64,000 bases of DNA from an uncultured Lentimicrobiaceae bacterium (GTDB taxonomy: Bacteria; Bacteroidota; Bacteroidia; Bacteroidales; SKPS01), in contig CAYXYB010000012.1 in the NCBI GenBank assembly GCA_964469215.1, forward strand, positions 17,526 to 81,525, given 5' to 3'. The position numbers and the translations under genes are program-made. Below the pieces are notes generated by a model. That model did not search any database. It had not been told where the DNA came from and was given only the letters and a program-made list of their open reading frames with translations. Every line of letters begins with the position of its first letter. Within the stretch, counting starts at the first letter, position 1. Below, one piece after another: positions 10,650 through 20,161 of this stretch.

Positions 10650-11711
10650 ATGAAAAAGGCAGTCACAATCACAATTACAAGCCTGATACTCACATCCATA
10701 ATCTCAGGACTTGCTGCACAGCAAGCTGGTGAAGGGTGCGGGTCATCCGGGCCCCGGCACTATTTTAACATTTCAATGACAGACCACCCGGAAAAACTTA
10801 CGTTTTTAATAAACGAAGACCTGATTGTAGCAGTTGAATGTAAGGAGATACTTTTAATCCCCGTAACACAACTTATTGACTCCGTTGTCTCTGATTTTCA
10901 GCAACGTCTTATGGGGATTGAAGATTCTCTTAACACATTTAAAACACCTTTACTGATAAAATTTCATCATTTGTATAATGGGTTGGTGAAACTATCCGTA
11001 ATTCGTAAGGATTCTTTGTTATATGAATCGGTCGGAAAATCAGGTGACGAAACATATCAAAACACTTTTTTTAAATACACCATCGAATATCCGGTTGATG
11101 AAAGCAATACACTTGTTATCTATACCAACCGTCTTAATTTCACAGAATTCATTTCCGTTTCGGATATCAGGGGCCATGTGATAAAAGCGCAGGCTGACAT
11201 TATTTCACGTGATATACCACGTTTTGCTGCAAAAACGTGCACCTATATTATTAAAGATGGCATTATTGATTTGAATGCTGCTCATATTCACAAATATGCC
11301 GACCGTGGTATTGGCATCACATTGAATACAGGATTGAGCTACCTTAACGGTGAATTTGTCCCCTCAATTTCGTTTCCGGTAGTGTATATGCAATCCAGAA
11401 AACAGGGTAAACCTATACAGGTGGGAATTTCATTTGACATTCTTTTGAGCATTGATAAGGAAAAACAATACAGGATACGGGATAACTGGTATGCTGAGGC
11501 TTTGATAATCCCGGGTAAATCATATCCAACCTTTTTTGCCGGTTACCTTATTCATCGTGAAGGGGATCTGTTGCCTCCTGATGCCTGCCGTATTGGTGTG
11601 GATATTCCGGTGACAAAATCGGGCAACATCCGGCTGAGAAACGCATTTCATTTTTCACTGACGCACCCGGGGCAAAACCTGTTCGAAACCGGAATCAGAG
11701 TGGGGAGGTGA
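10650..11711 (+). CDS. hypothetical secreted protein (called P374 here)
   Basis: The ORF track starts at 10587. The ATG at 10650 gives MKKAVTITITSLILTSIISGLAAQ, a signal peptide. I recognise no family motif. A diverged copy of its last ~40 codons is found at 12451-12578 and 17889-18016. Confidence 0.6.
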   Translation: MKKAVTITITSLILTSIISGLAAQQAGEGCGSSGPRHYFNISMTDHPEKLTFLINEDLIVAVECKEILLIPVTQLIDSVVSDFQQRLMGIEDSLNTFKTPLLIKFHHLYNGLVKLSVIRKDSLLYESVGKSGDETYQNTFFKYTIEYPVDESNTLVIYTNRLNFTEFISVSDIRGHVIKAQADIISRDIPRFAAKTCTYIIKDGIIDLNAAHIHKYADRGIGITLNTGLSYLNGEFVPSISFPVVYMQSRKQGKPIQVGISFDILLSIDKEKQYRIRDNWYAEALIIPGKSYPTFFAGYLIHREGDLLPPDACRIGVDIPVTKSGNIRLRNAFHFSLTHPGQNLFETGIRVGR

Positions 11712-11868
11712 TTATTTTCCTAAACTCCTCAACCCACTTGAGACACATCAGACCATCAGGAAGCACTTAAGAATAGTAAATCGTTAAAGTTATATCTTCG
11801 CAATTAATTGTCAGGTAACCCAAACAAACATCCGATATCTCTGTTTACAGATAAGATATAATCATTTT

Positions 11869-12321
11869 ATGAATAATAACTATTTCGGGGAAAATGGTTT
11901 TAATAGCCGTGGTGTGCTTAACATCACGCCTTCTAAGGCTTATGCACTTTGTAATTATGGCGCTGTAATAATAGACATAAGGGAGAATTACCATTCATTC
12001 CTGCATGCGTTTGATGTGCCTCAGCTCTTTTATTGCCCGTTAAGTGAAATTTCAACTCATATCGATAAAATACCAGTTGACCGTCCTGTAATCATTGCCG
12101 ATGCAGCTGGGCTGAAAAGTATTGAAGCGGTAATATTACTTAATGAAAGCGGGTTCACTAATGTTGCAAATCTGGCCGGTGGCCTGCTTGAGTGGAACAG
12201 GGAGGCACTTCCTGTTAAGACCGATAAAACCAGGCGAATGTCCGGTTCATGCATGTGTATGCTGAAATACAGAGAGTTAAAAACCATCAATTTGCCCGAT
12301 ATAAATCCTGAAACAGACTAA
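11869..12321 (+). CDS. rhodanese-homology domain protein (active-site Cys apparently replaced)
   Basis: 150-aa ORF with rhodanese-like motifs (NLAGGLLEW). The loop where CxxGxR(S/T) is expected reads ADAAGLKS. Confidence 0.65.
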   Translation: MNNNYFGENGFNSRGVLNITPSKAYALCNYGAVIIDIRENYHSFLHAFDVPQLFYCPLSEISTHIDKIPVDRPVIIADAAGLKSIEAVILLNESGFTNVANLAGGLLEWNREALPVKTDKTRRMSGSCMCMLKYRELKTINLPDINPETD

Positions 12322-12342
12322 TCGAATAATAAAATTAAAATC

Positions 12343-12462
12343 ATGAAAATTCTTATTCTTTGCACCGGAAATTCATGCCGCAGCCAGATGGCGGAGGGGT
12401 TTCTGAGGTCTTTTAACCCTGCTTTTGAGGTGTTTTCGGCAGGAACGAAACCTGCCGTTTAG
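12343..12462 (+). pseudogene. arsC: truncated arsC (LMW-PTP-type arsenate reductase) 5' fragment, 39 codons then stop
   Basis: It encodes [39 protein letters not shown], which matches the N-terminus of the intact arsC at 21955 up to the fusion point. Confidence 0.85.
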
Positions 12463-12578
12463 GTGTGGATATTCCCCTTGCCAAATCGGGCAACAACCGG
12501 TTGAGAAACTCATTTCATTTTTCATTGACCCACCCCGGACAAAACCTGTTTGAAACGGGCAAAGGAGTTGGGAGATGA
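12451..12578 (+). pseudogene. 3' fragment of a paralog of the 10650-11711 gene
   Basis: It reads [42 protein letters not shown]. The end of P374 reads ACRIGVDIPVTKSGNIRLRNAFHFSLTHPGQNLFETGIRVGR*. The fragment is joined to arsC at a shared CCTGCC. Confidence 0.8.
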
Positions 12579-12772
12579 TGGTGTTTTATTTAAACTTGAT
12601 CTAAATATACATTAAATTATTATTTTCGACATATATGTATTATCTTTGGGCATTAAATTTATAACTGATGTTTACCATGCTCATCATGTTTGTTAAACAC
12701 TTTTGTAACCTGATTCAAGCTAAAGTTCAGGAATTAGTTACATTAAGGAATGATTTCAAAGTGAGTCCGTTC

Positions 12773-12782
12773 GGGGGGGGGG
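12773..12782. repeat. G10 homopolymer tract
   Basis: I counted ten consecutive G in an otherwise AT-rich leader upstream of X1. The same tract occurs in unit 2. Confidence 0.9.
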
Positions 12783-13021
12783 TATGATGCTGATATACAG
12801 AGCATTGTGTTCTTATATGATCTTATTATCCGGAAGACGGAATGTGATTTTCTACATGGAGCAGTGATTTCTGTTCAATTCGTTTAAGTAAAGACCACGA
12901 AATCAATTTTTTTAACGGGAAAGAACAATTTTATTTTTTTTCTCTTCATCAGACTATTTCAATGCAAAGTGATTTAAGTCGATGAAGAGGTGCATGTTAA
13001 CAATTATATAGAACATTTTAT

Positions 13022-13030
13022 AAAACATAA
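13022..13030. repeat. Target-site duplication (left), AAAACATAA
   Basis: The same 9-mer flanks the IS at 14267-14275. The uninterrupted copy at about 18458-18470 has it only once. Confidence 0.85.
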
Positions 13031-14266
13031 CTTAGTACATGACAAAAATTCATAATGTTTTGAATGACAATGCTATATGTTGATAACTTAATGATAACTA
13101 ATTTTAAAAAGATGCTATAAAACCCTGGCATTCTGCATCTTAGATTCAAATCACTACAAATGGATCGGAGATACACGAACACCAGGGTAGAGAGTAAAAA
13201 TACCATTTTATTCGCAACATTATCAAAAATTTTTGGGGACAGTATGAATCTGGCCCGAATCAAGTTCTTTGGCTTATTTATCTGTGCTCTATGCAAGGTT
13301 CAAACGGTCTGTTTTGAGAAAATCGCAGCAGGCTTTGACTCCCCGGCAAGAGTGGATTCTTCTCTACGCAGGATTCAGCGATTCATTGCCGAATACCTGC
13401 TGGACACAAAGCTGATTGCACGCTTTGTGTTCACCTTGTTGCCGCACCATCCACCTTACCGCCTGACCATGGATAGGACCAACTGGAAATTTGGGTCATC
13501 CAATATCAATATCCTGGTATTGGCCGTGGTCTATCAGGGTGTAGCCTTCCCTCTGCTGTACAAGATGTTGCCAAAGTTTGGCAACTCTTCAACGCAGGAG
13601 CGGATCACCATAATGGAAGAGTTCATCGGGCTGTTTGGCAGCGATTGCATCGAATGCCTGCTGGCTGACCGTGAGTTTGTCGGAGAGGAGTGGCTCGGTT
13701 ATCTTAACCATCGGCGTATCCAATACCACATTCGAATCCGGGAGAATTTCCGGGTTGACATCCCTAAAAACGGACATCATGTAAAAGCATCCTGGATGTT
13801 TAACCACGTAAAGATCAATCAGTATGCATTCTATCAAGGGATTGTCAAAGTCAATGGTCAACTATGCTACCTGTCAGCTTCCAGAATCAAAAACCGACAA
13901 GGGACCCCCGAATTGCAGATCATTGTTTCCTTCAATAAACCTGAAGAATCGCAGTCATTATACAAAGAACGCTGGCAGATTGAATCTGCATTTAAAGCAC
14001 TGAAATCAAGCGGTTTTAATATTGAAGACACGCACTTGACCGATTTGGATCGCATTAACAAACTACTGGCGCTTGTGCTTTTTGCCTTTACCTGGGCTTA
14101 CCTTGCAGGGATTTTCCTTGACTCGCTTCGTCCCATTAAGATCAAAAAGCACGGCAGAAAAGCCAAGAGCCTATTCAAATACGGATTAACCTATTTGGCA
14201 AGTGTCCTGTATTCCAATGATTTAGATAAATTTAGTGAGTGTTGTAAATTTTTGTCATGTACTTAG
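13031..14266 (+). mobile_element. IS4-family insertion sequence, 1236 bp
   Basis: The terminal inverted repeats are CTTAGTACATGACAAAAATT (left) and, as reverse complement of the right end, CTAAGTACATGACAAAAATT, with one mismatch. It has a 9-bp target duplication and a single DDE transposase ORF. The paralogous sequence in unit 2 has an exact empty site. Confidence 0.9.
13160..14266 (+). CDS. IS4-family DDE transposase
   Basis: 368-aa ORF; the ATG at 13244 (MNLARIKFF) is an alternative start. Candidate DDE residues lie in LTMDRTNW, LLADREF and the Y-x2-R-x3-E-x6-K signature YKERWQIESAFKALK. The stop codon sits inside the right inverted repeat. Confidence 0.85.
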   Translation: MDRRYTNTRVESKNTILFATLSKIFGDSMNLARIKFFGLFICALCKVQTVCFEKIAAGFDSPARVDSSLRRIQRFIAEYLLDTKLIARFVFTLLPHHPPYRLTMDRTNWKFGSSNINILVLAVVYQGVAFPLLYKMLPKFGNSSTQERITIMEEFIGLFGSDCIECLLADREFVGEEWLGYLNHRRIQYHIRIRENFRVDIPKNGHHVKASWMFNHVKINQYAFYQGIVKVNGQLCYLSASRIKNRQGTPELQIIVSFNKPEESQSLYKERWQIESAFKALKSSGFNIEDTHLTDLDRINKLLALVLFAFTWAYLAGIFLDSLRPIKIKKHGRKAKSLFKYGLTYLASVLYSNDLDKFSECCKFLSCT

Positions 14267-14275
14267 AAAACATAA
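14267..14275. repeat. Target-site duplication (right), AAAACATAA
   Basis: See the left copy at 13022-13030. Confidence 0.85.
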
Positions 14276-14286
14276 TACTAAAAGTA

Positions 14287-15861
14287 ATGAAGAATATTGT
14301 AATATTGATTTGTATCGTAATAATGTGTCTGCATGGTAATAGTCAGGAAAGTGTTATCAGGTTATCACCTGAATTTGGCCAGGGTTATGTAGTGCTTGAT
14401 GAATTGAACCATGATGTGAATTACTGGGAACTTCAAATTTTTTCAATGACATATGACTCAAATGGTGAAATTGTATATGAACTATCTGAGATCATAGAAC
14501 TTGTTGGGAAGAATTATACTCGAATCAGCAATGAGTATATTACTAATGAAGGATATTCACTGAGAGTAATAGGTCATTTAGGAAGTGGTAATTATATTCA
14601 GGAGGATATTGTAATTTCAAAAATCAAGGGAGATGTCTATGGAGGCATTCCATATGATCAATGCAAAACATGGATTTGCAATGGATTGACCTATGGATAT
14701 GAAATACGGCAAATGGTTAGGACTAATGATCCTGATTATACTTATCTCAAAGTTGGTTTGGCTTTTTCCCTTGATAATCCAATTTATCAGTATTTTGATG
14801 AATACAATTTCAATCAGATCTCAAATAACACTTATGTTAACTGGCCGGGTATGAATCCGATATGGTTCTTTAATTATTATGCGGTTAATTATCAAAACAT
14901 TTTAGATGCAAAATCCTTCCCGGGGAAAGCAGCACCATGGATTATCAAAATAGCACATGATAACATGAATCCGAAATATGATGGGCAAAATAATATCATT
15001 ACATCCAACTGGATATATGGTGTTGCCAAAGGGTTGGGTCCTTGGAGCGGATCATATCAGAATGATTGTATCATGACAACCCCCGGATTAACATATGGTC
15101 CCTGTTATTACCCTCCGGGGAATTCATCTATACAGAATCTAAATGAGGCTATTCTTATCATGAATACATACACAACACCATCACTTTGTGGTTGGCCAGA
15201 TTATATTTGTAATGTTACTCCCAATGCAGCTCCACCGCCTTGGCTTGGGGGTTTGATAAAAAATCTGCCTCTTGACACAAACAAGCTCAAATCCATATTG
15301 TTTTATTGGGATCTTGTTAAACTTGCCGATAAGTCAATAAATGGAGAAAATACAGGTAACTGGTGGGAGAATTACCATTCAATTTCCCTTACCGACCTGG
15401 CAAATTCAGGGAATGAGATATTTAATGTAAAGATATCCGATGTAATAATTGATGGAATTCCTGACGAAATACCAATTTATCTACCGGAAGGTTTGTATTT
15501 AATCGGGGTGTCTGACAATGAGGGTAATTATATTCCGATTATAAAAGAAGTTCCATATTCGGAATACGAGGGTTTGTCGCCATTGGCAAATGAATTAAGT
15601 GTAAATATTTATCCTGTACCACACACAGAAAACTGTTTTAATATGGCATTAAGTTCTGGTGCTGATGCAGAAATGGTAATACAGTACAAGCTATTCAACA
15701 ACCAATCACATCTGTTGCATGAATCTACTATAATTATTGGCCCTGAAGCATCAGAAACTTTATGGACATGTCCTGATGAAGGATTGACGACAGGAATTCT
15801 TTACCATACTTATATGTTTGAGGATGCATCATATAAGACTGTCTGTACGGTGAAAAACTAA
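14287..15861 (+). CDS. hypothetical secreted protein X1 (probable T9SS cargo)
   Basis: The start is set at ATG 14287 (MKNIVILICIVIMCLHGNSQ, a signal peptide), as in copy X2. The track's start at 14257 lies inside the IS. The product is 524 aa. The C-terminal ~85 aa (VNIYPVPHTENCFNMAL...TVCTVKN) resembles a T9SS C-terminal sorting domain. I recognise no catalytic motif. Confidence 0.7.
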   Translation: MKNIVILICIVIMCLHGNSQESVIRLSPEFGQGYVVLDELNHDVNYWELQIFSMTYDSNGEIVYELSEIIELVGKNYTRISNEYITNEGYSLRVIGHLGSGNYIQEDIVISKIKGDVYGGIPYDQCKTWICNGLTYGYEIRQMVRTNDPDYTYLKVGLAFSLDNPIYQYFDEYNFNQISNNTYVNWPGMNPIWFFNYYAVNYQNILDAKSFPGKAAPWIIKIAHDNMNPKYDGQNNIITSNWIYGVAKGLGPWSGSYQNDCIMTTPGLTYGPCYYPPGNSSIQNLNEAILIMNTYTTPSLCGWPDYICNVTPNAAPPPWLGGLIKNLPLDTNKLKSILFYWDLVKLADKSINGENTGNWWENYHSISLTDLANSGNEIFNVKISDVIIDGIPDEIPIYLPEGLYLIGVSDNEGNYIPIIKEVPYSEYEGLSPLANELSVNIYPVPHTENCFNMALSSGADAEMVIQYKLFNNQSHLLHESTIIIGPEASETLWTCPDEGLTTGILYHTYMFEDASYKTVCTVKN

Positions 15862-15869
15862 ATATGAAA

Positions 15870-15927
15870 ATCATCTCCGGAATTAAAGACAGATCTTTAA
15901 GGTGTTTTTTGTCATTCCGGAGATGAT
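15870..15927 (+). terminator. Nested hairpin downstream of X1 (terminator-like)
   Basis: The outer stem is ATCATCTCCGGAAT / ATTCCGGAGATGAT (14 bp). It encloses the inner hairpin TTAAAGA-caga-TCTTTAA followed by GGTGTTTTTTG. Confidence 0.5.
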
Positions 15928-15987
15928 TCAGGCTGCCATACAGAAGTAATTCATAGTTTTGATAAATAATTTTAATACGTGTGTTTT

Positions 15988-17571
15988 ATGAACAAGACAT
16001 TATTTTTGTTATTGTTTTTAGTTCTGCTGATAATAGATGGTAATGCCCAGACAACAATTACAAGGCAAAAGTCATATGGCGGATCACAAGTAGATTTTTA
16101 TCCGAAGATATTAAATATAGGTGACGCATTTATTATCGGTGGATCATCTCAATCCGGAATCTCAGGTGACAAGACAGAGCCTTCACGGGGATTTGAAGAT
16201 TTCTGGATACTGAAAGTTGACACCGGATTCAACATAATCTGGCAAAAGACATTGGGCGGAAGTAAATCTGATGTTTTGAACGACCTAATCCTTACCCATG
16301 ACTCGTGCTTGCTGTTGTTAGGCACATCAGCATCTGACAGTTCAGGCGAGAAAAGTCAGAACAACTACGGTGATTGCGATTTCTGGCTTGTGAAAATGTC
16401 GCTAAGCGGAAGCATTCTGTGGCAGAAGACAATTGGAGGTAACGGAAACGATGAAGCTTCGGTTGTGTATGAACTGACTGATGGTTCAATACTGATTGGA
16501 GGTTCATCACAATCCGACAGTTCAGGGTTGAAAACTCAAAACAGGCGAGGAATAAGAGATTATTGGCTGTTGCGACTCGACATGCAAGGTAATATTTTAT
16601 GGGACAGAACCTATGGCGGCAACAATACCGAATTCATGAATTCTGGTACGTTGATCAACGACAGTCTGATAATTATTTCCGGTTGGTCTGATTCGCCAGC
16701 CTCAGGAGAAAAGACTACAAATTCATACGGTTATTATGATGTCTGGATTTTATGTGTAAACTTAAACGGGGATATTTTATGGGATAAAGGTCTTGGCGGG
16801 AATGGTTGGGATGGTAAAGGATTTCCAGTGTTTTTAGACAATAAACTGTATATCATAGCTTCTTCAGATTCTGACATATCGGGGTTAAAAAGTGAGAACA
16901 GCCGTGGTGCCTTGGATATTTGGATTCTGAGATTGGATATGACAGGAGCAGTTATTTGGGATATAACAATTGGCGGTGATAAAGATGATGGTATAGAAAG
17001 TGTATTTGTGGTTAATGATCAATATTTTATTCTTACTGCCTCGTCTTTATCAGGGATTTCGGGTGAGAAGACAGAATCGGCGAGAGGATTTTCCGATTAT
17101 TGGATGCTAGCGGTTGATTCTACAGGTAACATAATGTGGCAAAAAGCAGTTGGAGGAACTGACAGAGATGGTAGTATGAATACGATTAAGGTTGGTTCCG
17201 GCAGGTTTATTGTATGTGGAGACTCACAATCAGGCATTTCAGGAGATAAAACCCTACCCTGTATAGGGATGTCCGATTTCTGGCTAGTAGAATTTGAAGT
17301 TGAAACGGGGATAAGCGAATATTATACCGGGAAACATATTGTAAAGGCCTATCCCAATCCTGCAGAAGATATTCTGAAAATAGAGACCGGTACCAATGCT
17401 TCTATATCAGAGCTATACATAATTGATATTTGTGGCAAAACAGTCAGGGCATTGATTGTAAACGGGTCAACAGAAGAGGTTGATATAAGAGATCTTCCGG
17501 CAGGAGTTTATATCCTTAAAACCAGGATCTCGGATGGCTACCTGGAGGTCAACAGGTTTGTGAAGAGATAG
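15988..17571 (+). CDS. repeat-rich secreted protein Y1 with T9SS C-terminal sorting domain
   Basis: 527 aa from ATG 15988, with the signal peptide MNKTLFLLLFLVLLIIDGNAQ. It has about eight ~50-aa repeats of the form W.K..GG...D....GGSS.S..SG.K......D.W, which look like beta-propeller blades. The C-terminus YPNPAEDILKIE...GVYILKTRISDGYLEVNRFVKR is a typical T9SS type-A C-terminal domain. Confidence 0.75.
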   Translation: MNKTLFLLLFLVLLIIDGNAQTTITRQKSYGGSQVDFYPKILNIGDAFIIGGSSQSGISGDKTEPSRGFEDFWILKVDTGFNIIWQKTLGGSKSDVLNDLILTHDSCLLLLGTSASDSSGEKSQNNYGDCDFWLVKMSLSGSILWQKTIGGNGNDEASVVYELTDGSILIGGSSQSDSSGLKTQNRRGIRDYWLLRLDMQGNILWDRTYGGNNTEFMNSGTLINDSLIIISGWSDSPASGEKTTNSYGYYDVWILCVNLNGDILWDKGLGGNGWDGKGFPVFLDNKLYIIASSDSDISGLKSENSRGALDIWILRLDMTGAVIWDITIGGDKDDGIESVFVVNDQYFILTASSLSGISGEKTESARGFSDYWMLAVDSTGNIMWQKAVGGTDRDGSMNTIKVGSGRFIVCGDSQSGISGDKTLPCIGMSDFWLVEFEVETGISEYYTGKHIVKAYPNPAEDILKIETGTNASISELYIIDICGKTVRALIVNGSTEEVDIRDLPAGVYILKTRISDGYLEVNRFVKR

Positions 17572-17780
17572 AAATCTCATTAGGCAAACTTAAGCAGATA
17601 TCAGATCGGCCGATTTTAAATAAATGACTTTGCTATTATCTTCAGTGGCAATAGCTGGAAATCCCGAACAATGAGCCGGCTTTCTCGTTTAGTGATAATG
17701 AGATGATAAAATCATGGATATTTGCAGATTCTGAGAATAATTATACATGGAAGAGTGACCGGTTATAAAAATTGTCAATT

Positions 17781-17900
17781 ATGAAAATACTTATTCTTTG
17801 CACCGGAAATTCATGCCGCAGTCAGATGGCGGAGGGGTTTCTGAGGTCTTTTAACCCTGCTTTTGAGGTGTTTTCGGCAGGAACGAAACCTGCCGTTTAG
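17781..17900 (+). pseudogene. arsC: truncated arsC 5' fragment, second copy
   Basis: It has the same 39-codon reading frame and the same fusion junction as 12343-12462. It differs from copy 1 at two positions (ATA vs ATT, AGT vs AGC), and at both it matches the intact arsC. Confidence 0.85.
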
Positions 17901-18016
17901 GTGTGGATATTCCCCTTGCCAAATCGGGCAACAACCGGTTGAGAAACTCATTTCATTTTTCATTGACCCACCCCGGACAAAACCTGTTTGAAACGGGCAA
18001 AGGAGTTGGGAGATGA
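17889..18016 (+). pseudogene. 3' fragment of the P374 paralog, second copy
   Basis: By-eye alignment shows it identical to 12451-12578. Confidence 0.8.
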
Positions 18017-18210
18017 TGGTGTTTTATTTAAACTTGATCTAAATATACATTAAATTATTATTTTCGACATATATGTATTATCTTTGGGCATTAAATTTAT
18101 AACTGATGTTTACCATGCTCATCATGTTTGTTAAACACTTTTGTAACCTGATTCAAGCTAAAGTTCAGGAATTAGTTACATTAAGGAATGATTTCAAAGT
18201 GAGTCCGTTC

Positions 18211-18220
18211 GGGGGGGGGG
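18211..18220. repeat. G10 homopolymer tract
   Basis: Ten consecutive G, 258 nt upstream of the X2 start codon. Confidence 0.9.
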
Positions 18221-18478
18221 TATGATGCTGATATACAGAGCATTGTGTTCTTATATGATCTTATTATCCGGAAGACGGAATGTGATTTTCTACATGGAGC
18301 AGTGATTTCTGTTCAATTCGTTTAAGTAAAGACCACGAAATCAATTTTTTTAACGGGAAAGAACAATTTTATTTTTTTTCTCTTCATCAGACTATTTCAA
18401 TGCAAAGTGATTTAAGTCGATGAAGAGGTGCATGTTAACAATTATATAGAACATTTATAAAACATAATACTAAAAGTA

Positions 18479-20035
18479 ATGAAGAATATTGTAATATTGA
18501 TTTGTATCGTAATAATGTGTCTGCATGGTAATAGTCAGGAAAGTGTTATCAGGTTATCACCTGAATTTGGCCAGGGTTATGTAGTGCTTGATGAATTGAA
18601 CCATGATGTGAATTACTGGGAACTTCAAATTTTTTCAATGACATATGACTCAAATGGTGAAATTGTATATGAACTATCTGAGATCATAGAACTTGTTGGG
18701 AAGAATTATACTCGAATCAGCAATGAGTATATTACTAATGAAGGATATTCACTGAGAGTAATAGGTCATTTAGGAAGTGGTAATTATATTCAGGAGGATA
18801 TTGTAATTTCAAAAATCAAGGGAGATGTCTATGGAGGCATTCCATATGATCAATGCAAAACATGGATTTGCAATGGATTGACCTATGGATATGAAATACG
18901 GCAAATGGTTAGGACTAATGATCCTGATTATACTTATCTCAAAGTTGGTTTGGCTTTTTCCCTTGATAATCCAATTTATCAGTATTTTGATGAATACAAT
19001 TTCAATCAGATCTCAAATAACACTTATGTTAACTGGCCTGGAATGAATCCGATATCGTTCTTTGATTACTATAATGTCACCTGGCAAGAATTTATTGGAC
19101 GTAAATATCCTTGGATTATTAAGATAGCACATGATAACTGGAATCCGAAATATGATGGGCAAAATAATATCATTACCTCCAATTGGATATATGGTGTTGC
19201 CAAAGGTTTGGGTCCTTGGAGCGGATCATATCAGAATGATTGTATCATGACAACTCCCGGATTAACATATGGTCCCTGTTATTACCCACCGGGGAATTCA
19301 TCTATACAGAATTTAAATGAGGCTATTCTTATCATGAATACCTACACAACACCATCACTTTGTGGTTGGCCAGATTATATTTGTAATGTTACTCCCAATG
19401 CAGCTCCACCGCCTTGGCTTGGGGGTTTGATAAAAAATCTGCCTCTTGACACAAACAAGCTCAAATCCATATTGTTTTATTGGGATCTTGTTAAACTTGC
19501 CGATAAGTCAATAAATGGAGAAAATACAGGTAACTGGTGGGAGAATTACCATTCAATTTCCCTTACCGACCTGGCAAATTCAGGGAATGAGATATTTAAT
19601 GTAAAGATATCCGATGTAATAATTGATGGAATTCCTGACGAAATACCAATTTATCTACCGGAAGGTTTGTATTTAATCGGGGTGTCTGACAATGAGGGTA
19701 ATTATATTCCGATTATAAAAGAAGTTCCATATTCGGAATACGAGGGTTTGTCGCCATTGGCAAATGAATTAAGTGTAAATATTTATCCTGTACCACACAC
19801 AGAAAACTGTTTTAATATGGCATTAAGTTCTGGTGCTGATGCAGAAATGGTAATACAGTACAAGCTATTCAACAACCAATCACATCTGTTGCATGAATCT
19901 ACTATAATTATTGGCCCTGAAGCATCAGAAACTTTATGGACATGTCCTGATGAAGGATTGACGACAGGAATTCTTTACCATACTTATATGTTTGAGGATG
20001 CATCATATAAGACTGTCTGTACGGTGAAAAACTAA
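18479..20035 (+). CDS. hypothetical secreted protein X2 (probable T9SS cargo)
   Basis: 518 aa. The protein is identical to X1 except for one internal patch (nt 19039-19342) that includes a 6-codon length difference. Confidence 0.75.
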   Translation: MKNIVILICIVIMCLHGNSQESVIRLSPEFGQGYVVLDELNHDVNYWELQIFSMTYDSNGEIVYELSEIIELVGKNYTRISNEYITNEGYSLRVIGHLGSGNYIQEDIVISKIKGDVYGGIPYDQCKTWICNGLTYGYEIRQMVRTNDPDYTYLKVGLAFSLDNPIYQYFDEYNFNQISNNTYVNWPGMNPISFFDYYNVTWQEFIGRKYPWIIKIAHDNWNPKYDGQNNIITSNWIYGVAKGLGPWSGSYQNDCIMTTPGLTYGPCYYPPGNSSIQNLNEAILIMNTYTTPSLCGWPDYICNVTPNAAPPPWLGGLIKNLPLDTNKLKSILFYWDLVKLADKSINGENTGNWWENYHSISLTDLANSGNEIFNVKISDVIIDGIPDEIPIYLPEGLYLIGVSDNEGNYIPIIKEVPYSEYEGLSPLANELSVNIYPVPHTENCFNMALSSGADAEMVIQYKLFNNQSHLLHESTIIIGPEASETLWTCPDEGLTTGILYHTYMFEDASYKTVCTVKN

Positions 20036-20043
20036 ATATGAAA

Positions 20044-20101
20044 ATCATCTCCGGAATTAAAGACAGATCTTTAAGGTGTTTTTTGTTATTCCGGAGATGA
20101 T
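20044..20101 (+). terminator. Nested hairpin downstream of X2 (terminator-like)
   Basis: Same structure as 15870-15927. Confidence 0.5.
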
Positions 20102-20161
20102 TAAGGCTGCAATACAGAAGTAATTCATAGTTTTGATAAATATTTATAATACCTGTGTTTT

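Larger units (their letters stand above)
12343..17780. repeat. Tandem segmental duplication, unit 1 (5438 bp including IS and target-site duplication)
   Basis: By-eye alignment with 17781-21954. The order arsC 5' fragment, P374-paralog 3' fragment, AT-rich leader, X, Y and 209-bp spacer is identical in both units. After removing 1236 bp of IS and 9 bp of target duplication, the unit is 4193 bp, against 4174 bp for unit 2. Confidence 0.9.

Noticed and set aside
12668-12787. The 38-codon ORF that runs through the G10 tract, as a real gene
   Set aside because: It is very short, has no recognisable features, and lies in an AT-rich leader. I mention it only in connection with possible tract-length effects.
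14257-14286. The ORF-track start of X1 at 14257 (MYLENIILKV…), which extends into the IS right end
   Set aside because: The extension begins inside the IS inverted repeat and is absent from the uninterrupted copy X2, which starts at the equivalent of 14287 with a good signal peptide. It is an artefact of the insertion.
14847-15168. The variable patch in X as a diversity-generating retroelement target
   Set aside because: The window has no reverse transcriptase and no template repeat. The substitutions involve all bases rather than being adenine-specific, and the patch includes an 18-nt indel. Recombination or gene conversion is a better fit.
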